Of a stretch of DNA of 64,000 nt, positions 30,823 through 40,430 are shown piece by piece (within the stretch, counting starts at the first letter, position 1; each line of letters opens with the position of its first letter). Made by a program: the position numbers and the translations under genes. Origin of the DNA: Phycisphaerae bacterium (GTDB lineage Bacteria; Planctomycetota; Phycisphaerae; UBA1845; Fen-1342); contig CAXXWX010000006.1 in assembly GCA_963675745.2 (NCBI GenBank), forward strand, positions 1-64,000, read 5' to 3'. Under the pieces are notes generated by a model. It was not told the origin of the DNA and ran no database searches. It saw only the letters and a list, made by a program, of their open reading frames with translations.

Positions 30823-31085
30823 CGGTGGTTCTCCAGTTAGGTAACGCCCTTGGTTAATGCCGCCACCACACTCCCGCGCACAACGTGCGCCTGTGTGCCT
30901 GCCCGCGCCGGATCAACCACCCCTGGCGGGCACAGGACCGCACAGAACCGACCGCCAGTTGCAACCCGCATCCGGCGGTCACGATGGCTCTGCCATTGCA
31001 GCAACCTAAATGTGCGAATTGTCCCGCACGGATGCAAAACCATTTTGGAAAATGATCACCCCGGCCCCACTGCCCCGACCAGACG

Positions 31086-32666
31086 TCAGGCGTGCAACCC
31101 CGCCAATACTCGCCCCATCAGGCCCGTCGGCGGCGTGCGACCGTGCCAGAGAGAGTACTGCGCCTCGGCTTGACCGATAAACATAGGCACCCCCGACACT
31201 GTGCCACACCCCGCTTTCTCAGCTTCGCGCAACAAACGCGTCCGCTCAGGTGTGTATATCGTGTCAAACACAACCGCCACGCGATGCAGTGCCGAGCTCG
31301 GCACGGGACTCGCATCAATCGCCGGCGACATCCCCACACTGGTGCAGTTGATCAACACCTCACCGCTCACTTCATCGCGATCGTCCCAAGGCTCCCACGC
31401 ACAGCCCATCTGTCGCGCCAGCGCATCGGCTTTCTCGGACGTGCGGTTATAGATCGTAACCGCCGCACCGTGCTCGATAAGTGCGGCGACAACCGCGCGC
31501 GCCACACCCCCGGCACCGATAACGTCGAAGCGACGGCCGGCCAGTTGATCAGGCTGGAGCCCCGGCTGTGTCGCCAGCGCCGCTATAACACCGGCGGCGT
31601 CAGTGTTGTCGCCGCGCCATCCGTCGACCGTGCGCGTCAGCGTGTTTACCGCACCACAACGCTCGCAGATTCCACTGACGACGCCTCCACGTGCTTGAAG
31701 CCAGCGCAATGCCCGCTCTTTGTGCGGAATCGTGACACTCAATCCACGCACGTCGAGCCAGTCATTGGCGTCAAGGTAGTCCATGAAAGCCATGAAATCA
31801 TCGACGCCCGGCGCGACCGGCAATGGGACATAGACGCCGTCGATCCCGTCACTGGCCATGGCGGCGTTGTGCAGGCGCGGGCCCAGCGAATGTGCCACCG
31901 GCCAGCCCACGACGCCGTAGACTCCGGTCTTCGCGTTGATGCTGTCCCAGCGGTACAAGCCGCGCAGCTCGGCGATTGTCGGTTGACCCGGCGCCGATTC
32001 CTCACCGCGCTGAATCGCCGCGAACGACAGCGCTGTGCCGAATTTCGGCGCGAGCACGCGCGTGATCAAACCGGCCTCTCCCATCGCCAATGCGGTGACG
32101 TCACGCCGGCCGGTGTGCCGGCGTTGCTCAGCCAGCACGCGACATGCGTCGGTCGCATCGCGCGCCGTGAAGACCGCCTTGATCACCGCCGCCGGTGTCG
32201 CCGCGAGCTGGTCAAAACAGGCGGTGAGATCGCCGGGAGTGTGGCGCAGGTCATGGTGAGATATAACCAACGCATTCCGATGACGGTGTGCGGCGGCGTC
32301 CACCTCACAGATCAGCCCGATCTTCTGACGCAGGTTGGCCGAGCGCTGCCATGCGGCCAATTCGATATCCACATAGCCCGGCAACAGCAGACCCAGCTTC
32401 AGTAACAGCGCTATGCGCTCATCGTCGCCGCCGTCCCAGTGACCGCCCTCGCTCGCCGACCGGATCGTGAGGATGAACGGCACGTCGTGCGGCTGGCTGA
32501 GCAGAGTTTCGACGGCGGGGATATCACGCAGCATATCGACGCGCAGTTCAACGATCTCCGCTCCCGCCGCCACCGCCGCGCGCACCTGTTCTCCCAGCGC
32601 TGGCGTGGCCTGTGTCAGCGGAACGGCCAGGAGAGTCTTGTGTCTGCCGGATCGTGTAGTGTTCAA
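31086..32666 (-). CDS. aroE: Bifunctional type I 3-dehydroquinate dehydratase / shikimate dehydrogenase
   Basis: VELRVD, ILTIRSASEGG, SHHD, AMGEAG, SAPGQP (AroD); GWPVAHSLGP, SVTIPHK, GAVNT, NTD, GAGG, NRT (AroE). TTG start overlapping the upstream stop is inferred. Confidence 0.92.
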   Translation of the reverse strand: MNTTRSGRHKTLLAVPLTQATPALGEQVRAAVAAGAEIVELRVDMLRDIPAVETLLSQPHDVPFILTIRSASEGGHWDGGDDERIALLLKLGLLLPGYVDIELAAWQRSANLRQKIGLICEVDAAAHRHRNALVISHHDLRHTPGDLTACFDQLAATPAAVIKAVFTARDATDACRVLAEQRRHTGRRDVTALAMGEAGLITRVLAPKFGTALSFAAIQRGEESAPGQPTIAELRGLYRWDSINAKTGVYGVVGWPVAHSLGPRLHNAAMASDGIDGVYVPLPVAPGVDDFMAFMDYLDANDWLDVRGLSVTIPHKERALRWLQARGGVVSGICERCGAVNTLTRTVDGWRGDNTDAAGVIAALATQPGLQPDQLAGRRFDVIGAGGVARAVVAALIEHGAAVTIYNRTSEKADALARQMGCAWEPWDDRDEVSGEVLINCTSVGMSPAIDASPVPSSALHRVAVVFDTIYTPERTRLLREAEKAGCGTVSGVPMFIGQAEAQYSLWHGRTPPTGLMGRVLAGLHA

Positions 32667-33268
32667 TAGTCTTCGAACAACTTCGCCAGGGGAGTGTGCA
32701 GCACGCTGCAGATTCGCGCCAATGTCCAGGTCGTCGTGGCATTCTTGCCCAATTCGATCTGCGACAATTGAGCCGCGGTGATCCCGGCGCCGCCGGCCAC
32801 GTCTTCCAGCGTACGCCCGGCGCGCTGACGCTCCGCCCGCAATCGAGTGCCCAACCGCCGATTGAAATCCTCCTCGGTGTATCCACGAATGCCGATTTCC
32901 GCCAGTTGGCGCTCGATCGCCGTGAGCAGCAACTCCGGCTGGATCGGCTTGGTGAGCACGTCGCGGGCCCCGGCGCGAACCGCTTCCAACACCTGGGGCG
33001 TGTCCGGGAACGCGCTCATGGCGATGATGCGGGTCTTCGGCGACGACTGACTCAGCGCGGCAATCACGTCCGTGCCGGCCACATCCGGCATGCGCAAATC
33101 CACCAGGGCCAGCTCGCACGGAGCCCGCGCGGCCAGTGCCAGCCCCGCATGCGCCTCAGTAAAAGTCACAACTTCGTGCGCCGCTTCGGTCAGCCACGTG
33201 TATATAGAACGGCAGACCGATTCGTCGTCATCGATAACGAGTGTCCGGATGGGGATGCGTTTTTTCAT
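32663..33268 (-). CDS. Response regulator with C-terminal XRE-type HTH
   Basis: LVIDDD, LVDLRMP and KP receiver motifs; LGTRLRAER...TLEDVA...QLSQIELG XRE helix-turn-helix. Confidence 0.9.
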   Translation of the reverse strand: MKKRIPIRTLVIDDDESVCRSIYTWLTEAAHEVVTFTEAHAGLALAARAPCELALVDLRMPDVAGTDVIAALSQSSPKTRIIAMSAFPDTPQVLEAVRAGARDVLTKPIQPELLLTAIERQLAEIGIRGYTEEDFNRRLGTRLRAERQRAGRTLEDVAGGAGITAAQLSQIELGKNATTTWTLARICSVLHTPLAKLFEDY

Positions 33269-33354
33269 GGTGAATCACGAGAATACCGTCGGTCAGCCGA
33301 GGGTATGAGCACGATTCGTGCGCACATACCCTCATTCAGCGTCCCATTGTCCGC

Positions 33355-33376
33355 TTTTGTACAAGTTTGTACAAAT
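33355..33376. promoter_or_regulatory. Tandem TTTGTACAA repeats in a divergent promoter region
   Basis: TTTTGTACAA-G-TTTGTACAAAT; 10-bp period; each unit palindromic. Confidence 0.5.
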
Positions 33377-33577
33377 CAGCGCCCGCTCATAGTAGCGATT
33401 TCCGGGCGCCGCATACAATCGCAACCGTGTGCGGCGTTGCGTGTCAACCAGGTGAGACGCACCGCCGTCCCTGGCCGCCCGTGGCTGCCATCGTCTCCGG
33501 CAGCCACTGTATCGAAGGAGGCCCGCGGCGCATCGTTATTTCGGTCCGGTCAACCTCTGCCACGGAGGGTGCTGACA

Positions 33578-34597
33578 ATGACGCGCCTGACACTTTGGAT
33601 CGCCCTGCTCATCGTCGGCGCCACGCCGCACGTCAGCGGTGCCCAGACCACCGCCGGCGAAACTGAACGGCCATCCGAAGGCCTCTGGATCACAGAGCGC
33701 ATGTGGGACGGCATTACGAAGCGCGTTGCGAACCAACTCGCCGACCGCTACGGGTTTGACGAGGACCAGCGTTACCTGACCCGCCAGGTGCTTCGTGAGC
33801 GGGTCGTGCCGTGGTTCGAATCCAACCGCGCGGGCGTCCAGCCCGTGGTGAACTGGTATTTTGAAATGCTGCTCAATGACGAGCCACCCTCGGTGGACGA
33901 GGTCGCCGAATGGGCCAAGCAGGCGGGGCCATTGTTGGAGCAGTTTCGGACAATGTTGGTCGAGACGGGCGATGAGATGCGCGGCTTCATGACCGAGGAG
34001 CAGCAGGAGCAGATGGACATCGAGCTCCAGGCCGCCGGCGCCATGCTCGACATCGTCGATCGCCGAATCGGCGGCTGGGCCAGGCATCAGTATGACCCGG
34101 TCACCGACTGGTGGGAGAGCCCCAACCACGATCCCCACGGCGCTGGCCCACCTCCCGACCTGGCTGTCGACAACGGCGCGGATGCCGCCGAACAGCCCGA
34201 AACCGCGCGGCGCTTCGTACTCAAACCCGGTTTTGAGGACCCCTGGGAAACATACGTCAACGCGTTCATCAAACGCTATGCATTGAGCGAAGAACAGCAG
34301 GCTCTGGCCCGGCGAGTCCTGGTCGTCGTGGCCAACCAGCGCGATCGCTATCTGCTGCTCAAGGGACCCACGTTTGACTGGATCGAGCGCAAACTCGCCG
34401 CGGCAAAAGACGAATCAGAAACCAGGACCCTGATGGCGCGCTACGAGAAGCTCGTCCGGCCGCTGGACACCAAGTTCCAGATCCTCAAGGAGAAACTGCA
34501 CAAGCTGCCGACGCGCGAGCAGGTTCAGGCGGCGTCGGACAAGCCACCGCTGTCCGAACCGGAGCATTTGGCGCTCGGAGCCCTCGCCGAGCGCTGA
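33578..34597 (+). CDS. Secreted helical hypothetical protein, paralog A (339 aa)
   Basis: GGAGGG RBS, ATG 33578, signal peptide; clear similarity to the next gene. Confidence 0.8.
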   Translation: MTRLTLWIALLIVGATPHVSGAQTTAGETERPSEGLWITERMWDGITKRVANQLADRYGFDEDQRYLTRQVLRERVVPWFESNRAGVQPVVNWYFEMLLNDEPPSVDEVAEWAKQAGPLLEQFRTMLVETGDEMRGFMTEEQQEQMDIELQAAGAMLDIVDRRIGGWARHQYDPVTDWWESPNHDPHGAGPPPDLAVDNGADAAEQPETARRFVLKPGFEDPWETYVNAFIKRYALSEEQQALARRVLVVVANQRDRYLLLKGPTFDWIERKLAAAKDESETRTLMARYEKLVRPLDTKFQILKEKLHKLPTREQVQAASDKPPLSEPEHLALGALAER

Positions 34598-34654
34598 CTA
34601 CCGGGCCGCGATGGTGTATCTTCCCGCATCGGCAAACGAAACGGAGGTATTTTC

Positions 34655-35674
34655 ATGTTGAAGGGATTCACGCGCTGGTCGCTCCTGCTGGCAGTAGCGC
34701 TGCTGCCCGCGGTCGCCGCAGCCCAGCCCACGATGTTCGAAGAGGAAGAAGAGCCCGAGCACATCGACGGCCCCTGGCTGACAAAGACCATGCAGGAACG
34801 CCTGATGAACAAGATGGCGGACGACGTTTCGCGCCGCTACGACTTTGATGAGGACCAGCGTTTCCTGACCCGCGAGCTGTTCCGTGAGCGCATACCGACG
34901 TGGCTCACTGAGAACCGCAGCAAGATCCAGCCGCTGGTCAACACTTACTTCGAGGCAATGCTGAACGATGAGCCGCCCGATCCGGCCGAGGTGGCGGTGT
35001 GGTCGGCGGAAGTGCTCCCGCTCATGGAAGACTTCACCGGCATGTTGGATGGCGTGGGCGACGGTATGCGCGAATACATGACCGAAGACCAGCAGATCAT
35101 TCTCGAAGGTGAGCTGGCCGCTTTCCACGCGGCTGAGCAACTGCTCGTCGGCCGCTTGAGGCACTGGGAACAGGGCGGCTATAACGCCGAAACCGACTGG
35201 CCCGAGAGCGAGGGTTTTCGCGAGGCCGAACGCGCGCGACACGCGGAAACCAACGACGCGATGCGCACGGCCCGCAAGGAAGCGGTCGGTGATGCGCTTG
35301 GGCGCGGCCCGATTCCACCGCCAAAGCAACTGAGTGACCCGTGGGCCAAGTACGTCGAGGAGTTCATCAAACGCTACGACCTGAATGCCGACCAGCAGGC
35401 CCAGGCCCGCAAGCTCTTGCAGCGCTACCAGGAACAGCGCGACAGCTATCTCATGCGCCGGGACGCGGACATTGATCGCGTGGAGGAAATGCTGCTCAAG
35501 GCCGAGACCGAGGAAGAGAAGGCCACCTGGATCGCCAAATACGAGAGCCTGGCCGAACCCGTCGAGACGAAGTTCCAGGTCTTGAAGGAGCGACTCAACA
35601 AGATCCCGACGCGCGCGCAGCGCGCCGCCGCCGCGGAACGCGAGAACGCCGAGAAGAAACCCAAACCTGAATGA
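34655..35674 (+). CDS. Secreted helical hypothetical protein, paralog B (339 aa)
   Basis: GGAGG RBS; signal peptide ending AAA|Q; shared motifs with 33578..34597. Confidence 0.85.
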   Translation: MLKGFTRWSLLLAVALLPAVAAAQPTMFEEEEEPEHIDGPWLTKTMQERLMNKMADDVSRRYDFDEDQRFLTRELFRERIPTWLTENRSKIQPLVNTYFEAMLNDEPPDPAEVAVWSAEVLPLMEDFTGMLDGVGDGMREYMTEDQQIILEGELAAFHAAEQLLVGRLRHWEQGGYNAETDWPESEGFREAERARHAETNDAMRTARKEAVGDALGRGPIPPPKQLSDPWAKYVEEFIKRYDLNADQQAQARKLLQRYQEQRDSYLMRRDADIDRVEEMLLKAETEEEKATWIAKYESLAEPVETKFQVLKERLNKIPTRAQRAAAAERENAEKKPKPE

Positions 35675-36066
35675 AAGCCCCGCCCGCCTGACCGTTGGCG
35701 CAAAAGCTGAGGATCCGAGCTCGCCGTAACTCGGACCCTCCAAGCCAGGCTGCCCGCTCTCTCGAGCGGTGACCCACAACCTTACCCGTGCATCGACTGT
35801 GCGTGGAAGGTGCATCAATTATTGAGGGAATATCCCCGGGCGATTTGTGAATCGTGCGGCGGCCGGGGGCCGGGGGTCCACCAGCGCAGAATGAAGCTGG
35901 GCGGCGGGGGACCTGCCGCGGTCCGGCAAACTGGCAAAAGCGGCCGGGGGGCGGGTTTTCCTTGACATACCGATAACGCGTATCCGATCAGGAGTAACGA
36001 TAGATCACGGTCGGCGAGCGCTGCCATTGTGCAGCGCGCGAGTTATCGGAGGTTCGGTAGCCTGAC

Positions 36067-37935
36067 ATGTCAGATCCCTGCGCTTCCCACCGCCACCCGC
36101 GGCACACATGGGCAAACCCGTGCCTGGTAGCGGCCCGAATCGGCCTGCTGGCCATCGTGGCGGCGACCCCGCTCAGTCATGCCGACGAGCCGGTCACCAC
36201 CACCCAACCAAGCGACACCTTTGAGCCGGCCGCGGAGGCCGCCAACGCCCCCAACGTGACAGTCAGCAACGTCGGACTGCTTGACGTAAATGTCCACGAC
36301 ACGCCCATCGCATCAGTGCTCGAGATGTTGAGCTACCAGGCACGCTCGAACATCGTCACGAGCACATCCGTCACCGGAAACATTTCCGCCAATCTCTACG
36401 ACGTGACCCTCGAAGCGGCCCTCGATGCCATCCTGATTCCCAACCAGCTCACCTATCGAAAGATGAACGGCGTGATCTACGTCGGGACGGTTCAAGAGAC
36501 CAATGCGAATGGACCGCTGCCACAGCCACGCGTCTTCGAGTTGAAGTATATCTCACGCGCCACGGCCGCCGCCGCCGTCGAATCCCTGCTCAGCGAGCGC
36601 GGGACTATCGCTGCCGCCGAAAGCCAGAGCAGCGGCAGCGGCAGTGGCGGTGCCGATTCCCTCTCGAGTGTCTTCGGCGAGGCCGGGGTTGATTATCTCA
36701 TCGTCATCGACACACCCGATCGCCTGAAGGCGATTGAACGCGTGATCGGCGAGATCGACGTGCGTCCCAAGCAGGTGCTGATAGAGGCAACCATCCTGCG
36801 CGCCACGCTTAACGAGGACAATCAGCTCGGCATTGACCTCACGCTGTTGAACGGGGTCGACTTCCAGGACGTTACAAGCACCAGTGACGCGGCCGCCAAC
36901 CTCCAAACCGGACAGGTCCCGCCCCGGCGCTTCGATAACACGACCTTCAACGTGAACACCGACCTGCTTGATGGGTTTCCCGGCAGCGGCTTCACCTTCG
37001 GGATTATCAAGAACAACGTGGCGGCGTTTGTGCGCGCCTTGGAGAGCGTCACCGACGTGTCCGTGCTGGCCCATCCCAAGGTCCTCGCACTGAATAAGCA
37101 CGAAGCCGAGATCATCGTCGGGCGGCGCGATGGCTATATAACCACGATGGTCACCGAGACCGCCGCGGTTCAGTCAGTTGAATTCCTCGAAACGGGCACG
37201 CAGATCCTGCTGCGCCCGGTGATCAATCCCGATGGGACCGTGCGATTGGACGTGCGCCCCAAGGACAGTAACGGCGGCCTGAACTCGTCAAACCTCCCCT
37301 TCGAGGAGACCACCGAGACCCACGTGCAACTGCTGCTCGATGATGGTCACACGGTCTTGATCGGCGGACTGTTTCGCGAGCGAACCGTCAGTTCGAAAAC
37401 ACAGGTACCCGTGCTCGGGGACGTTCCGATCCTCGGTCATCTCTTCAAGCGCTCGTCGGACCAAACCGTACGCGAAGAGGTCATCATTCTGTTGACGGTA
37501 CACGTCCTCAAGGAGACACCCGAAGAACAAGAGCAGTTCCGGGAGATCATGGAGGATATTGAACGCATCCGCGTCGGCAGCCGCCAGGGATTGATGGGCA
37601 CCGGGCGTGATCGCCTGGCGCAGGCCTTCTATCAGGAAGCGTTGTCACAAGCCGAGGCCGGCAAGTTCGACCTGGCGCTGTTGAACGCCCGCATGTCGCT
37701 GCACAACCAGCCGCGGCACTTGGGCGCATTCAAGCTCAAGGAGGAGCTGCTCGGCCGCCGCATGTGGGACGGCGGTTATTCGCGCAGCCAGACGGTTCTA
37801 CTGGATTTGCTGGACGGAGCCAGCGAGGCGACCGCCGGCGAGCCGGACGCCGGACACTTCGGCCATCCGCCGCTCGACCACCATCTGATGTCCGGGCACG
37901 CCGATGTCATTGAGAAGGGAGAGAAGTCACCATGA
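36067..37935 (+). CDS. Secretin (PilQ/GspD-like) with TPR-like C-terminal extension
   Basis: N domains, IDVRPKQVLIEATI, LAHPKV, TVLIGGL, VPVLGDVPILGHLF, EVIILLT. Confidence 0.92.
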   Translation: MSDPCASHRHPRHTWANPCLVAARIGLLAIVAATPLSHADEPVTTTQPSDTFEPAAEAANAPNVTVSNVGLLDVNVHDTPIASVLEMLSYQARSNIVTSTSVTGNISANLYDVTLEAALDAILIPNQLTYRKMNGVIYVGTVQETNANGPLPQPRVFELKYISRATAAAAVESLLSERGTIAAAESQSSGSGSGGADSLSSVFGEAGVDYLIVIDTPDRLKAIERVIGEIDVRPKQVLIEATILRATLNEDNQLGIDLTLLNGVDFQDVTSTSDAAANLQTGQVPPRRFDNTTFNVNTDLLDGFPGSGFTFGIIKNNVAAFVRALESVTDVSVLAHPKVLALNKHEAEIIVGRRDGYITTMVTETAAVQSVEFLETGTQILLRPVINPDGTVRLDVRPKDSNGGLNSSNLPFEETTETHVQLLLDDGHTVLIGGLFRERTVSSKTQVPVLGDVPILGHLFKRSSDQTVREEVIILLTVHVLKETPEEQEQFREIMEDIERIRVGSRQGLMGTGRDRLAQAFYQEALSQAEAGKFDLALLNARMSLHNQPRHLGAFKLKEELLGRRMWDGGYSRSQTVLLDLLDGASEATAGEPDAGHFGHPPLDHHLMSGHADVIEKGEKSP

Positions 37936-39026
37936 GATGGGCGTCTTGCGCAGCGCCGGCGGCCATGATGCTGGCCTTGAGCGTCCAATCCGGATGTCAC
38001 TCCCCCGCGACGCAGGCCACGGCACGGCAGGAGGCGGAGCGGCGCTGGAAGGTCGCCCGTGCCGACGTGAAGGCGCGCCTGGCAGCCGACCAGTTCGCCA
38101 TCGGCCGGGTTGAAGCCGCCGCCCTTCAGCTTGCCGAGGCGCAAGAGCTTGATCCGAACAACTTGTCGCTCAAGCTGATGGAGGCGCGTATCCTCCTGTC
38201 GAAAGGAGCGGCCGATCGTGCCGAGCGGATTCTGAAGACTCTGGAGTTGAAGCCCGCGCGCCAGGCGGAACGGGACTACCTGCTTGGAGTGATCCATCAG
38301 CAACGTCTGCGCTGGGAGCAAGCGGCCCAATGCTTCATCGCTGCCTGCGACCGCGATCCACACGAGGTTGCGTATCTGGCCGCCTCCGTGCAGGCGCTAC
38401 TTCAATTGGGACACGTGGCGCGCGCGCAGGAGTTGCTGGCGGCTCACGCGGATGCCATCGGCTGGACCGCCGCCTACCAGGCCGCAATGGCCGAGTGCCA
38501 CGAACAAACCGGGGACTGGGCCGAGGCGGCGAGCGCCTGGAAACGCGCATCCAGCACGCAAGAGGATCCCGTCGTGCTCGAACGCCTGGCATTGGCACAG
38601 TATCGCGCGGGACAATGGGAACGGGCGGCGGCAACGCTGCGCAGCCTCTTGCGTTTGGCAGGCGATGCTGACCAATCGTTCAACGTGCGCCTGCTGCTGG
38701 CCGAATGCCTCTTGGAGAGTGGTCAGACCATTGCCGCACGCGCCGAGCTGGAGGGGTTGCTCAAGACGGCTCCGAGCGATCCGCGCGCCTTGCACCTGCT
38801 GGCCCGCGTGCACGTCGAGGCCGGCGACCTGACGCGAGCCCTGGCAATTGTCAACGCCGGTCTCGCGACCACGCCGCACAACGTGCCTCTGCTGGAACTC
38901 GGCGCGGTTCTGGCATATCGCACTGGCGACAGCAAGCGGGCCGCGTGTATGGCCCACGCCTTGTCAGAGGCGACCGGGTCCGAACCCAACCCGATCGCCG
39001 CCCGCGTGCTTGAACTCACCAAATAA
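37932..39026 (+). CDS. TPR lipoprotein (pilotin candidate)
   Basis: Lipobox-like VQSG|C, multiple TPR-like repeats, ATGA overlap with the secretin. Confidence 0.78.
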   Translation: MRWASCAAPAAMMLALSVQSGCHSPATQATARQEAERRWKVARADVKARLAADQFAIGRVEAAALQLAEAQELDPNNLSLKLMEARILLSKGAADRAERILKTLELKPARQAERDYLLGVIHQQRLRWEQAAQCFIAACDRDPHEVAYLAASVQALLQLGHVARAQELLAAHADAIGWTAAYQAAMAECHEQTGDWAEAASAWKRASSTQEDPVVLERLALAQYRAGQWERAAATLRSLLRLAGDADQSFNVRLLLAECLLESGQTIAARAELEGLLKTAPSDPRALHLLARVHVEAGDLTRALAIVNAGLATTPHNVPLLELGAVLAYRTGDSKRAACMAHALSEATGSEPNPIAARVLELTK

Positions 39027-39193
39027 GTGCTTGGGGGGCAGGTACTTCACCGCAAGGGAAAGCCGCGGGGCGAGCGACACCGTGTCGTGTCGATCGCCCG
39101 GCGGCCGGACCGCTGTGGACAAAAGTGCGGACGGGTCCGGCACCTGGTGCCGGGCCCGTCGGGCGGCCCTCTCACTTGGGATCAGCAAGTTTG

Positions 39194-39697
39194 CTAGTAA
39201 GTGTTGTAGGCGACGTTGGCCTCGTCCAGTTCCTCACTGTTGGCGAGAAACTCGCCGGTTGTGGGGTTGTACACCCAGCCTTCGCCGTCGGTGGTATCAA
39301 CATCCGGCGGCGAGTTTGCGCTGTCAATCAGCACGCCGGTCGGGTCGGTCGGGTTGCCCACCGGGCAGGGCGGGATGGCCAGCAGATAAGGGCCGTATTT
39401 GTGCGTTGCGTCACGGGCGCCTGCGGTGGCGCCGGTTACCGATGAGTACTTGAGCAGATGATCGCTGATGGTCCCGCCGTCATGTCCCGGGTACTTGTTG
39501 TTGTGCTCGGCCGCATACATATTGATGGCGTTGCGCATCACCGACAGGTTTCCCGAGAGGGCCGCATCGGAGGCTCCGGCGGAACCACGGCTCAAGCGTG
39601 GAATCGCCATCGCCGCCAGAATCCCGATAATCACGATCACCACAACAAGTTCGACAAGTGAGAAACCGCGCTGATTGGGGCGTTTCCGCGTGAGCAT
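39194..39697 (-). CDS. Type IV pilin / GspG-like major (pseudo)pilin 1
   Basis: RG|FSLVELVVVIVIIGILAAMAIP class III signal peptide. Confidence 0.92.
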   Translation of the reverse strand: MLTRKRPNQRGFSLVELVVVIVIIGILAAMAIPRLSRGSAGASDAALSGNLSVMRNAINMYAAEHNNKYPGHDGGTISDHLLKYSSVTGATAGARDATHKYGPYLLAIPPCPVGNPTDPTGVLIDSANSPPDVDTTDGEGWVYNPTTGEFLANSEELDEANVAYNTY

Positions 39698-39884
39698 TAC
39701 ACCAGTCTCCGAATGAGAGTGCCTCGTTCTTCCCGCCGACCGTTGCTGTGGTGGCTGGGACAGCATGTCTTGGTCATATGTCAGATCGGTTGTCGCCAAT
39801 GGTGTCTTCATTAAGTATTGAGTGGATTCACGCGACGCCGCCCCGGACGGTCGGGACGTGAGCGGCCGTCGATCATATGTGGCG

Positions 39885-40430
39885 TCAGCGTCCACCGGCG
39901 CCGTCCACGTGCAGGACAACTTCGTCCTCTGACGACCGAAAAACCACGCTTTCGCGGCGAATCTGCGTCAACTTGTAACCGTCCACCACGGCCCCAAGCC
40001 GAATTACCCGGCGATCGATGATCGCCGCCGGTTCGGGACCGGCCAGCACACCATTCAGCTTGTGCTGCGCTGAAAAGAGAGTCTTCTTTGCCGCGAGCGG
40101 CTCCTCGGTTTGCCGGCGCGCGGAGATTTCCGGAGCGGGAGCCGTGGCGACAACCAACATCGTCTCCGATAACTCGAAAGGGTCACGCCGCAGCGCGCTC
40201 ATATCCAGCGGCGGCCGGTCATTCGGGCTACTCGACAGCGTGGCGATCAGAGTGTCCACGTCGATTACCGCGACTTCCGCAAGTGGTGGACCCGCATCAT
40301 CGACGGTCATGACGGCGGCATGCGCGGTGCGCGGGTGTGTGTCGCCGATGAACTGATCAACGACCCACGCGGCGACGACAATCCCCAGCCCGCCGAACAT
40401 GATTCTCTGCGATAGCGTCAGCTTCTTCAT
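39885..40430 (-). CDS. PilP-like protein
   Basis: TM anchor, RRDPF, KLNGVL...AIID...GAVVDGY; follows pilO. Confidence 0.65.
   Translation of the reverse strand: MKKLTLSQRIMFGGLGIVVAAWVVDQFIGDTHPRTAHAAVMTVDDAGPPLAEVAVIDVDTLIATLSSSPNDRPPLDMSALRRDPFELSETMLVVATAPAPEISARRQTEEPLAAKKTLFSAQHKLNGVLAGPEPAAIIDRRVIRLGAVVDGYKLTQIRRESVVFRSSEDEVVLHVDGAGGR

Noticed and set aside
31086..33119. 677-aa AroDE with long N-terminal extension
   Set aside because: The extension is an alternate frame overlapping the REC-XRE gene; the AroD-AroE fusion itself is already known.
32696..33577. N-terminal half of the 633-aa ORF
   Set aside because: It is antisense to the regulator; RBS and signal peptide point to a start at 33578.
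34606..34650. Fluoride riboswitch (GCGATGGTGT)
   Set aside because: No closing stem or 3' pseudoknot motif, and no fluoride-related gene follows.
35690..35760. c-di-GMP-I riboswitch (GCGCAAAAGCT...GCCAGGCTGCC)
   Set aside because: The upstream GGCAAAC / GNRA stem is missing; resemblance is only partial.
35962..35990. Sigma-70 promoter (TTGACA) before the secretin
   Set aside because: No acceptable -10 at 16-18 nt spacing.
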